DNA of 60,470 bases, the filler included, from Hausera hauseri (lineage: Eukaryota): the NCBI GenBank assembly GCA_046269625.1. It is 10 parts of 10 records of this genome, joined end to end, with 100 filler letters (N's around TTAATTAATTAA, not from the genome) between each part and the next. Parts side by side here need not be neighbours in the genome. Positions count along the whole stretch, not along the records: positions 34,092 to 39,023 come from JBJURY010388146.1; positions 39,124 to 43,654 come from JBJURY010539453.1; positions 43,755 to 49,255 come from JBJURY010240960.1; 7 more parts are not named here. The stretch is one strand, 5' to 3'. The position numbers and the translations under genes were made by a program. The notes below the pieces were generated by a model. That model was not told the DNA's origin. It made no database searches and saw only the letters and a list, made by a program, of their open reading frames with translations. Positions 34,092-46,587 of the stretch are shown piece by piece (positions within the stretch are counted from its first letter, which is position 1; each line of letters opens with the position of its first letter).

Positions 34092-36150
34092 TGCTGTAGT
34101 CAATACGGTTGTGGAGAGTGGCCATGATGAGTGATGATGTGGCCTAGGAAATTAACAAGTTTTTGAAAGAAGTAACACTTGGAGAAATTGACTTGTAAAT
34201 TGCTGTGATGTAGTCTGTGAAAGATAATATCGAGGTGTTCTTGATGTTGCTTAACAGATGTGGAGGCAACTAATATGTTATCAATGTCTGGATGAGCAAA
34301 GTCAAGACCTGAGAGGATGGTATCAATGTGTCGTTGAAAAGTTTGGGAAGCACTACGTAAGCCAAATGGCATAACGATATATTCATATTGGCCAAATGAA
34401 ATAATAACAGCAGGTTTTGGAATGTCATCAGATGCAACCGGAATTTTATGATAAGCTTTATGCAAATCAGTTGTGGAATATGTATTAGTATTGGTAAGAC
34501 TGTGCAGAATATCCTTTATGAGAGGTAAAGCGTAAGCATCCAGAGTTGTTAGGTTGTTTAACTGCCGGTATTCACCACCTGGTCTGTAAGTGCCATCTTT
34601 CATTGTTACTACATTTAATGGTGAAGCTCACGGTGATTTTGATCTTCGAATAATACCAGCCTTTTCGAGTTCAGTGAACTCTGATTCAACGGCTTTTCGC
34701 CTACAAGGTGACAGTGGTCTGACCTTTTGTCTGATACGTCTTTGGTTTTCGGTGACTATATTGTGATAATTTGTAGAAATCGGCTTGAAATCGCCGTCCT
34801 TTTTAAGAGTACGGAAGCAAGAAGTTGTGATGTGGGATTTAAGATGGATTCCGGCGATAAGAATGAGTGGCATATTGGATGAGCCAATGGCTGTAATTGA
34901 TGTAGAATGACTGGACATGCCATTAATGACATTCGGTTCAACTGATTGTTTCAAAATTGACTTGGTCCAACTTGATTAAATTGAAAATATGGATGAGTTA
35001 TTAAGCGTATTGTTATCAACAGGCAAACAGCATCTCAAATTGACATTTCAATGAACAGAGGAAGGCAAGAAGGTATCCAACTGGTATCTACAAAGGAGTT
35101 TCTACGCAAGAGACATCCATGCTTACAGTCAACTAACAGATCGTACGCAGCCAGGAAATTGAAGACTATTATGGCGATCTAATATTGACTACGTGAAATT
35201 TCCAAGAAAATTTGCCTGGTAGGTTGGAGAATGTGAAAGACAATTTTGTGGTACCTACAATGAGTAAGGGTTGACCACAGGCAGTGAAGAGTGGAGGAGA
35301 AAAAACAGTATTAGATGTAGTAGCGAAGGACAAAGGGAGAAGTGAAAAGGCAGCTTCTGAATCGATAAGGAAATCTGTGTGAGGTGTCACCAAATAACAG
35401 TGCAGCTTTCAATAGAAAGACTGCAGAAGCGGTGTTGAAACGGCCAGAAGACTGAACGGTATTGCCTATGCCAGAATATATCGTGGCATCTGGTGAAGTT
35501 GTTCGTTTTTTTATGCTTGTCGGGAAAAAGATGAATGAAAAGAAAACCGAGGAGAAGAAGATGGAGAAAAGCTGAAATATTTTATAATGTTTGCATCCTG
35601 GCATATATGACCTAGCCTTGGACTGATACTTTGTATGATATATACAAATAGTGGTGCCCACTGCAAAACGCTCCTTATAGAAGCGACAGCCTAAAAGACA
35701 CTTTTTTGCGTCTCTGTAAAACTTTTCATGATAAAAACAAATTATTCGTTCGCCTAACGATTTGTTAAGAAAGGAATGCTTAGAGAGACTACGCTCACGT
35801 GAGTGGCGGGTCTCACCTCGTCGAGATGCAGCTAATGTATTTAGCTGAGCTGTATTGGCCGAAATTTAATGTTGCAGGGTCCGATCCACCGGATACGAAA
35901 GTGGAGAGTAAGGTAGATAATTGGAGAAGAAAAGGAAGAAAGTCTATCATAGACTTTAAAGACAGAGCCATGATACGATAGATAAAATTCTGAGGTATGA
36001 AGCAGGAAGTATAGATGTGTGTAAAGATATTTTGCAGTCTCTGTGTCGCAGTGAACATATACATGTGCTTTTTATTAAAAGAACAAAAGGGAAAAGGGAT
36101 GTAGTGCAGTAGGCGCCCTCGGTCCTTCAACGAGACAATTCCTTCGTTGT
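34092..36150 (-). mobile_element. Degenerate Ty3/gypsy element, second family (gag CHCC knuckles, PR, RT)
   Basis: ICFYHEKFYRDAKKCLLGC and ICIYHTKYQSKARSYMPGC; FLIDSEAAFSLLP; GIIRRSKSP; VMPFGLRSASQTFQRHID; FLGHII. Confidence 0.88.
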
Positions 36151-36464
36151 GCATGTAGTTTACGTAAAATTTCTTTATCGTCAGAATTATCTCTTTATAA
36201 TGATAGTTGTGGTGGTTGTGATGACCTATGATTGCTTACATTTCGACCGAAATCATTAAAACCGGTACTACTTCTCGATGAAGAAAAGACAACTCTTTTT
36301 TGATAAGGACTGTCATGTGGATTACTAACATCGTTCCATATTTTAGATGATAAAATACTGATATATGAATATCTTTCACAATTACCTTTTAATGATAACG
36401 ACTCGGGCAATCGTTCTTGTGGTTTTCGCGCCAACTGAACTGATCCCACTGACGTCTGGACTTC

Positions 36465-38955
36465 GATTTGAATCACCACATGCACTTAATAATGACGGTA
36501 TAACCACTCTCGTAAACCGTTCAGCGTCCTTCTTGTTCAGACCTTTACAAAACACCTCAACGGTAGCCACCGCCAATATTTGATAACCTTGTTGACATCA
36601 CCGCAATTTCTCTGCAACAGGAGTGATCGTGTTTTATAGACCTCCTCCCGACATACATGGTGTATTTTCAATGATTTTCAATATATCCTCATAGCCGTCT
36701 TTCTTTACTTTCCAATTGATGAAGAAAGACAATTTGTTTAACATTCCTTCTGTAATCTTTCCACTGATATTTTCACGAAGAATGAGATCTTCAACTTCAA
36801 TGTCAACAGAAGCGGCGGTATTGTCCCCGCCGGCATCTTCTTCATCTACACCAGCCGCTATTTTATCAGTCTTTGGACCCTGAGTCGGAACTGGTGCATT
36901 CATCGCTTTCGTGGACTCAATAGCTTGATAAATTAATTGTTTTATTGATGACTTTTCATCTTTCAACAAAACCCCAATGGCATCACGCATATGAAATGGT
37001 ACCGATTATCGAATAGCTGGATTTGTATGTTGAATAGCTAATCGAATAAGCAGATCTTTAGCAACCAGTTTGAATCCAAATTATTTTATTGCTTCATTAA
37101 GCCAATTGACAGCTGCAATGAGATTTTTTATGTTACCATAATCAGACGCCGTTTTTATGACCAGACTAGAAACAAGACTCAAATTGAAAACATCGCTCAT
37201 TTCTGATAGAATACTCTTAACATTTTTGCTATTTTTAGCATCGCCAATCTTTTCCGTTAACTCGGGAATGCATACCTCCGCTGCAGTTCCTACAAATTAA
37301 CCTGTTTTAACAACAAGAGCCGAATTAATAATTGACAAGGTAACTCATTTCCAGATTTCTCCTTTACAAAATATTGAAATCTCTCTACGGCCTCCAATCG
37401 CTATTTCCAATTGGAAGAGACAATCTGTGTCATGAATGCCTCATAAAACACCAGTTCCTCGATAAATCACGTCATCATTGGACAGAAGAGACTCAGTAGT
37501 TGCAACAGAATCTGTCTGTTCTGCCATTGCTTTGATGTAAAATACCTTTATTCGCACCATTTTAACGGCATCAATGTTTTCAAGACACGGCATCAAGACC
37601 TTTTCCGAGACAACTTTCATCGCAGTGCCGAATGTTTGAAAACAAGCGTCACGTACTTCGGGAACACTGTCCAAACAAGTGGTAGCGAGAGGAGTAACGA
37701 GACTCTTCAGATTCTTTTTTGGCAATGTTTCTTTGGTGCTCTTCTCAAACAACCGATTCAAAACTAAGACGGCTTCTGATCTACAATTAGGAGTTTTATG
37801 GGAAAGAACATTGGTTATTTCTTCAGTGAACGAATCGAGTGTGGTAGTTTGAATAGCCGCGTCAACGCAGCTTCGTAAGGCTTGTACGACATTTGATCTT
37901 TTTTCATTAAATTTCTCCAAACACACTTGTATCGTCAATACAGCATATGCAGAATATTTCTTTCGTAAACCAGTAGCAATCTGACACATGATTTTTGCGC
38001 CTAGACAAACTAGGACGATATTTGTATCCTTCGCAACAACCTTCTGAAGTATTTTAATCAATTCCCCATAATCACCTGGTACGAGTTTAGATTTATCAGT
38101 GACTTTGTCAACAGACTCCAGAGCATCTTTATGATCGGTCCATTTTTTCTCTTCAATTTTTGTGTAGAAATCTGCGGGAATTTTCGATAACGCATCAAAT
38201 GGCTCAATAAATTCGTACGGATCAATGTAATCATTGACAGCAGACTTTGAAACAACAGTGCCACTGTCGCTGCTGTTTGCAACTGATGCTGAACCAGCAC
38301 CCGTTGCAGATGGAAGAACTTTTGGTTTTTGAGATCGTAGATATCTCGTCGGAATTGGTTTTTCATTAGGCAACTTTTCAAATTCCGCATTCAATTCCGT
38401 AACATGAATGGCCTTCAGTTCATTCATGTGATTTTTCATTCCGGGTATTCCAACCCATCGACAGATTTCTAATATCATTTCTATTCCAGCGTCTCGAACA
38501 CTTTTATCTCGGTCTTCTAACAATCGTGGAAGCGTTTTAACCATTTCTTTCATCGGTACAACTGCCGGACCAAATTCACTTAAAGATTGTTTCAAAATTA
38601 AAGCTGATCCAATAATAACTTTCGGCTGTTTGCAATTTAAACCCTTAATCAATTCTTCACCAACAACATCTTGTTTTTCAATTTCAATGAACATTTTTAA
38701 AATATCGGTTCCGAGGCCTTTGGTTTTCTGACGAATAGAATTCAAACATTTATTGACAACTCCCGGACAAATATCAGAAGCGACTTTCGAAGCAACATTT
38801 GCTTCTTCAACAAAATACATAACAACTTCAAGAGCTTTTTCTTGAACCACAACATTGCCGTCAATTACCATTTTCTTTACTAATCCTAAATACTGATTAA
38901 AAAGCGGCTCTTTGGGGCTATCGGCTTTTTTCATTTCTCCTAATGCTTCTTCATT
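36465..38955 (-). pseudogene. CKAP5: XMAP215/ch-TOG/msps family, intronless truncated pseudogene (TOG1-TOG2 intact, TOG3-4 decayed)
   Basis: DGNVVVQEKAL, IEIEKQDVVGEELIKGL..KQPK, EDRDKSVRD, PTRYLRSQ, IDPYEFIEP, KIEEKKW, VVAKDTN, CLEKF.EKR.NVVQALR, DSVPEVRDA; later SSNWK*RLEAVE with frameshifts. Confidence 0.9.
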
Positions 38956-39023
38956 TGTAGGTAAACGGAAGATATATAAATGAATTCCCGCAATTTTACA
39001 ATGAATGCATTTATCAATGCATT

Positions 39024-39123
39024 NNNNNNNNNNNNNNNNNNNNNNNNNNNNNNNNNNNNNNNNNNNNTTAATTAATTAANNNNNNNNNNNNNNNNNNNNN
39101 NNNNNNNNNNNNNNNNNNNNNNN
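39024..39123. other. Artificial contig linker
   Basis: N44-TTAATTAATTAA-N44. Confidence 0.98.
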
Positions 39124-42100
39124 AGTGCACTATTGATCTGATTTCCGAATAGTTATTTTGAAATTATTCTGTCCCATGGGTTCCACGACTCTACATAGGG
39201 AATACAGACGGTACTGCTCCAGATACTTTTTGTTTATAGTTTCCGGGTCGGATGTACTTAGTAAATTTTGTTCTGGATTACTGGGTGTCCACTCATGGTC
39301 CCATTTTAAAGCTACGTAAATATCGCGCAAGTAGTGAGTGCGCTAACTTCCGGTTAACAGTTTGCTAATCTTAACATGTTCGCTGTTCATGGCGTCAACC
39401 ATTAATTTGAAATAGGCATCCAACTTTTGGCATAGGGTAATTCTTTTCTCACAAAATTCGTATAGTTTGTTCAGCAACTACTTGGTGTGTTCCGATCTTA
39501 CGCATTCCCACGATGCTTGAGCGGGGTATTTCCAGTAATTCAACAATCCTGTGTACGCGATATCCAGCGAGGATATATCCATATAAACAATGTTCTAATC
39601 GGCCTGAACAAGTTTGATGTCTCTACCTCTCGAGAGTGTTTCATTGCCAATTCTTGTCGTATCATGGTACGTCTCGCGAACGCATTTTCTCGGGCTAACA
39701 ATCGTATAATATACTTCTGTTCCTTGTGTTTCTCGAATTGAGACTTCCATTGGAATCTTTTGCGCATCATTCCCTTCTCCACAATTGAGTGCTATGATTC
39801 TTGTATTTCTGGCATCTCGCATTAGTCTATACGATTGTAAGAATGTGTCCATATCCCTTTCTTACGGTTGCTGATGAAATTTCAAGGGTGGCAGTTTGAT
39901 ATAGGGGTAATCATCGTACGTTATTTCGAACATTATTTTTACTGAAAAGGCGGCTACTCGGAATTCTAATTTATACTGCTGTAAATTTTCGCTACGTAGG
40001 CTAAGGGTGCTAAATCTATATTCCCTTCCGTTGTTCGTGTTCCATTCTTGATATTTAAATCGGTGGTATATCTCACCATCTGCTAGATTGATAAAAATAT
40101 TTTGGCGGTTTTCGCACGTGATCATTTGTTTGAGTGAGTATGCTCGGACATCCTTATCTTCTCGCAATGTGTAGAGAGAGACTATTCTATTACCTTCCTT
40201 TATACCCTTTAAATTTTTAGGAATTTTATTGGTCTGGTAATACTTCACGAAAGTTCTTTTATGCAATTCGTTATGAATTTCTTGATATATGGATTTGGAA
40301 TTTTGGCGGAAGACAGCAGCGTTATTCTACAGAAACTCATCGATGCTATATCGACGTTCTTGACTGGTTCCTTTTTGTGGGTTGTCGATACTATATCTCT
40401 CAAACATGTGAATACTCTCTAATCTGAAAAATAAACAGTAAGGATTACTCTTACAATGAAGAATGATCTTGAAATAGAATCAACTCTTTATTTGATGATA
40501 CAATAACCCGCTCTATAGATGTCAGGTTATTTTATCATATGGATCAATAGGGGTTTTCAATTCCCTTAACTCCCATTCCCTAGTTTTAGGACGCTTAAAA
40601 TGACAATATATAGCAACTAACCGAAAAATTGCAATTAATATAACGAGAACAAACGTTGCTAGTACAACAACTGATACGAGTGTTAAAGTGGTTAATCCCA
40701 TTGGTGCTTGTGTGATTTCATCGTTTATGTTTTCGTATATATGCGATTGTGTACGAATTTCATCTAAGGTACGCAACTTAATCGTTTGGTTTCGTTTATT
40801 CTCTGATATATACTTGTATTATGTAATCGGATTGTTATGTTAACAAATTGCATTCTGTCTGGTAAGTATTTTTAAGTAATGTTACAATTTGATTATTATA
40901 AGTTGTTTGGCAGCTTATATGTATGTCGCAATTTATTTTTTCTTCTACAAAGAACAATTTTAAACCGATGTGCCGAATATTTAATAGGTATACTACCTAA
41001 TTCTTTTTAGGCACACTGCTTGATGTAACGGTTTTCGTAATGGCAGTAACTTGAGTAGTCGACCTTTTGGTTGTCGTTTCTATTGAAGTCTTCCATATTC
41101 TATTCTCTGTGTAATAAATTCGCAAGTGTTTGCTCGGTTTATTGATCGTACTTCATATAAGTCAAATTTTATTTTGAATTCTTGGTTTACTGGTAGCTTA
41201 CAACACGGGTGTTGCACACCGGCATGAACAGAGCAGTATTCTATATTCGGGATTTTTCCGTTTACTGCTTCGAAAACTACACTAATTTCTTGACTAATAG
41301 TTAATCCTATTTGAGCATCTACCTGAATGCATTGCTTTTCCTTATATACTGTGATTCTTTTGATATTTTCATCTAATAGCCTTATATTTGGGTCGGTGGA
41401 TTGTAGCATGTCGTCGAGTTTCACTTTGAATCGTTTGATCCAAACGGGAATAACTAACTAAAGTTGTGGGTTTACTTCGATATAGACTTCTGATGATTCT
41501 GATAAGCATAGTCGATAAGTAAGGATGTCGATGTGTCCATAATTTATGTCCCAGCACTGTGTATAATATCCGAGTTCAAAATCACAGTTTTTCACTTCTT
41601 TTGTTGTTACATCGTATAGTACGATTTGAAATCTTCCGAAATCGTGATACGGTCTCTAAGTTTTGAATCCAACACACTCAAAGTCGGGCGAAAAGTAATG
41701 AGCCTTTACTGATTGTAACAAAATAGTGTCTTCTCGTTTTTGGATCTCTTCGGCCATTGGTTTGTTTTCCATTATAATGTTTTTCGGCTTTAATCCACCC
41801 TTCCGAATTTCATATACGCCTCCTAGCGTAGTTTGATCGTCCTACCATTGAGTTTGTGATTTTGAGATATACGAAGCAATTAACGACAATGCTAAAACTA
41901 TTTGAACGTATGTGATGGGTCTAGCAATTATTGACGAAGTTTTTGTCTTGCGTTGTCGTGAATTGTAACGTTTATAGGGTCTTATATTTGTCTTAACGAC
42001 TCTCTATAATGATATGATCACTTCCTTTCCATTCTTGTTGATGTACACCGCAGTTGGCGTAACTTTAGTAACTTCATACGGTCCTCTGCCTGTACGAATC

Positions 42101-43654
42101 AGTTTTAACGACGATCCTTTCTTAGCTACCGGGTAATGTACATAAAACCCATTTCCTTGTTCTAAATTGTGTGGCTTCGCTTTCTTTTCATATTGTTTTG
42201 TAAACTGTTCTTCATATTCTTGCGATAATTTTTGGCAATTTCCCAACATCGTGTCGGTAGCACTTCTGCAAAATTTTGTTCTAAATCTTCGGGGTTTACT
42301 GTGTATGGTGTAATTCCTAAATCTGTGGGTAACACAACTTCACGTCCATACATCATAAAGAATGGTACAAATCCTCTTGCTGGATGTGGTGTTGTATCAA
42401 TGGCAAATTGAGTTCCTTCTAAAAATTCGTCCCAATCTTTTTGGTCTTTGGCTACTACTGTAGATAATATGTGTATGACGGTTAAGTTCATTCGTTCAAC
42501 AATTCCATTACATTAAGGATGGTATGCGGTGGTAGTTAACCGCTCAATATTGAATATTTTAATAATTTTCTCAAACAGTTCACTGGTGAAGTTTCTTCCT
42601 CGATTTGTCAGTATGTGATCTGGGGTCTATAATGACAAATTATTCTTCTCACTACAGCTTCTGCCAAAGTTTCTGCGTTTTGGTCAGTCAAAGTTACTAA
42701 CTCGACAAAATGCGTTAGCCGATCAACACAAGTCAAGATATACTTATTATTTTTGTGGGTCGTAGGTAGCTGTCCTACAATGTCCATTGATATGACTTGG
42801 ATAGGTCTGTATGGTACAGCAATCGGTTTTAGCTCTGCCATGTAGTTCTTATTTTTCTGTTTAGTTGCACATAATTCGCAAGCATTTACCCAATTCTTTA
42901 CATCAATATAGATACTGGGCCAAAAGTATTTATTCAATATTCTTTCCAGCGTCTTTTTCCATGACATGTATCTTGCTAAATATGAATCATGTTCTGCCAT
43001 TAAAACTTCGGTTGGTAGACCCTTTGGAATAACTACCAGTTTTTTTCCTTTCCGTTTGTAATGTAAAATATTTTCACTGCTCTTGTCATTCAAGACACAG
43101 TATTTATGTCCGTACCTGTGTAAATGTTTCTTTAGTTGTCGTCCTTTTGGTATGATGTCCCTTTTGGAAAATTCTATAATCTGCTGAATAACTTTGTACC
43201 TTTTTGTTCTGTTGAGATTTTAGTTGCTTTATCCTATGTTAAGGCACGTTGGCCGTCTATTATTTCCTCGAGCTGAGTTTTCTTCATAACAGTAATTGTA
43301 TTCGTCTTAGTTTTTAATCTCGATAGAGCATCAACATCTACGTTCTTGATTCCAGGCTTATACTGAAATTCGATATTGTATCTAGAGATTCTGTTAAGTC
43401 TACATGTCGGATTATTTGCTCGTCCTTTAATGGTCGTGACGGCTTTGTGATCAGTAACAATTATGATTTTCTGCCCGTACACATAAACGTTAAAATGTCA
43501 CAACGCTTCTTTAACGGCTAAAGTTTTTAATTATGTAATAGAATAATTCCTTTCGGCTTTCTTCAAGGAACGTCCTCCATAAGCGATTGGGTGCTCCAAC
43601 TCTTCATCCTCTCTTTTCTGAGCTACTTCGTATATAATGCTTTCTTTACTGGCA
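39124..43654 (-). mobile_element. Copy B of the retrovirus-like Gypsy element: RNaseH - IN - FN3 membrane protein - orphan ORF
   Basis: Colinear and clearly homologous to ~250-4690 at nucleotide and protein level, with different inactivating lesions. Confidence 0.93.
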
Positions 43655-43754
43655 NNNNNNNNNNNNNNNNNNNNNNNNNNNNNNNNNNNNNNNNNNNNTT
43701 AATTAATTAANNNNNNNNNNNNNNNNNNNNNNNNNNNNNNNNNNNNNNNNNNNN
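43655..43754. other. Artificial contig linker
   Basis: N44-TTAATTAATTAA-N44. Confidence 0.98.
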
Positions 43755-44089
43755 CCTGCTTAGTACTAGTTGTAAATGTGTAAAGTTTTAGTTTCCAACT
43801 GTAAGTGAAATGTAGTGCTCAACGATCTTGAAGTTGTACCTGTAGAGGTTTATTTGGTATAGAAAACACATTTTTCTTGTTTTTCAAGTTTTGAGCGTTT
43901 TATATTATGCAAGTAGAACAATGTTACAAATAAGACTGTATTTCTTAACAAAATTATGTATTTGAAAAACAATCTGATTGTCCAATACATGCACAAATGT
44001 AACACAGCGAAAATCTTTGAAATATTATGTGTGAAGCCTTTTAGTTACTCATAGTCACCAATGACTTAGTTTGTTAAAGCATTAACAGG

Positions 44090-44625
44090 TAACTTCTTGA
44101 TTGTTTGAGTTGGTACACTTTGATAGTGATCAGCTGCTTCCCTTGTTCATCTTAGGTCAGGTCCAAGTTAAAATCTTTAAGCAACTTTACACCTCTCTCT
44201 GCTGTGTCATTTACATGATACAGACTCAGAACGCGACGCTGTCCTTCTATATAATCTCTTCTATTATTACAATTATCTGAATGTGTCTCAAGGAATTCTG
44301 TGTTGATATTTGAACATTGAAATACTGCATTAGTCCGACTGGTTGAGAAAGACCCAAAGTGGAGATCCGATCCTGACAAAAGCCCTGAATCTCCAGTTAC
44401 ATTGTGTGTGATGTTCGGACGAGAGAGTCCTCCAATTATTGCTCTATTTTCATCTGCTGTAATTCTCTCAGAAAATAATGCCAATCCAATCAGTTTATTG
44501 GAAAGATACCAGAAACCATTCTGCATATCAGGCTTTGAAACTATGCTAATTTCTGGATCAGTAGCTGCAAACTTTTCAAGATCCAACCAGAGCTGCAGAT
44601 CATTTATTGGGGCATCAACTGAATC
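44090..44625 (-). pseudogene. DNA transposase C-terminal fragment (hAT-related, hATm-like)
   Basis: APINDLQL..FWYLSNKLIGLALFS..VNDTAERGVKLLKDFN. Confidence 0.6.
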
Positions 44626-45319
44626 TTAGCTTGGGTCCACATCTTTGCGTAGAGGGGATCGAAACTGAACAAATCGTTATCCTAAATTCATCGTCATTTA
44701 AAAACATTCCAGTACTATACAATACTGGATCGAGTATCCGCCAGTTATCACCAGTTAAGTCGATTATATGTCTTGTTCCAGTTTTCCGTCGGAAGCTCTT
44801 ATTGCGATCTTGCACAGAAGATTTTATGGTTGAAGACCGCGAGAGACCGCTACCGATTTGATTGGAACTTGTCTCTAGTTTTTGCCAATAATCTGTATGA
44901 GGAACAGTACTTATACAAACCTCGTCTTATATTTTGTGACTGATTGCTAATTCCTTCACTGAGGCCAGAATTCGGGTCTATGTTAGGTTCATTTAGACTA
45001 CGTCCTTCAAGGGAAGCAATACTTTTACTGATTGTTGAGAGATTTTCTCGTCTGGTCCTCCAAGTATAAAGGTGATTAAGGAGAGTATGTAACAATGGTT
45101 CCTAAACATTTATTTCGTTAGAATAGAAAAATGTTTCAAAACTTCGTAAAATGGAGTAATTCGGACACCAACTAATTTCTCATATTATAACACTACCAGA
45201 TTTGACCTTGCAATCTTCACACATAAGCTATATGTTACATTTCATTTGCATGTACGCATGCCCGGTAAGCCATCAAAATTCACACTCGCCACCGTATAGA
45301 TAGTTAGAGTAGTAGTGAA

Positions 45320-46310
45320 ATGCCCACACAGGTAAACACACAGACATATCTAAGCTATACCTTTTCTCAGATTACTTACATTTTACAAGCACAGACATGC
45401 ACATGCACAGGCAAACACACAGATATACCTGAGATATACCTTTTCTCACGTTAGTTGCACTTTACAAGCACAAGCATACAAGCATATATCTGGGATATAC
45501 CTTTTCTCAAGTTAATTGCATTTTACTCACACAGGCACATACACACACCATATATCTTAATCATTCATTTCTCAAGTTAATCACATTTTTACTCACACAA
45601 AAACACATACATATATCTGAGCTATACACTTTCTCAGGTCACTTACATTTTACAAGCACATACATGCAGATGAACCCCATATACCTTAATCATTCATTTC
45701 TCAGATTACTCACATATTAGAAGCACAGACAAGCATACAGCCACAAAGACATATATCTTAATCATTTATTTCTCAGGTTACTCACATATTAGAAGCACAG
45801 ACAAGCATACAGCCACACAGACATATATCTTAATCATTCATTTCTCAAGTTACTCACATCTTTATTCACTCACACACACACAAACACATGAATATGCGCA
45901 CAGATATATATCTTAGCTATAAATTTCCCTTATTGCGTTTTACCCATACAGACAAATACACGCACAGCATATATATTCCACATATGTTACCCATATATTC
46001 CTTCCCTATATTGTATATATATTCCCTAATTATCCTGATATATTCCCTCACTATTCCTAATATATTCCCTCAGTATTCCTTATTACCCTCATATATCCCC
46101 TCTTAATTCCTCACCATCCTCATATATTCCCTATTGAATACTTATTATCTTTGTATATTCCTCTATTGAATCCTTATCATCTTGGTATATTCCCTTATTG
46201 AATTCTCATCATCTTGGTATATTCCCTCTCTATTCCCTACAATCCTGATATATTCTCTCCATATAATCCTCCATAATACTGATATATTCCTTCAATAATC
46301 CTTATGCCAA
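45320..46310. repeat. Degenerate minisatellite arrays
   Basis: ~55-80 bp units with a TTTCTCA core (72-bp period at 45685/45757/45829), then short ATATTCCC-core repeats. Confidence 0.85.
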
Positions 46311-46587
46311 TATGTGCATATGAATGTAACAAATGGGTAACTATACCAAAGAACATTACATGTATTTATCGTGAACATGATTCATATTGTGGATATAAAA
46401 AGTGTTTAGCGTTATGCCAAAGTTATATTGTTACTAAATAAATGTGTTATGAAATTAGTTGGTCTTATCCTATATAGTTGTTACTTAGTTTTACTTGGCC
46501 TTATGCTATATCCCACATTACTTGATCAAGACAACACGATATTTCTATACAACATTTATTGAACAAAGAATAACAATATGTACATAG

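Noticed and set aside
45320-46310. Possible CRISPR-like array
   Set aside because: Units are degenerate tandem repeats without unique spacers; the context is eukaryotic and there are no cas genes.
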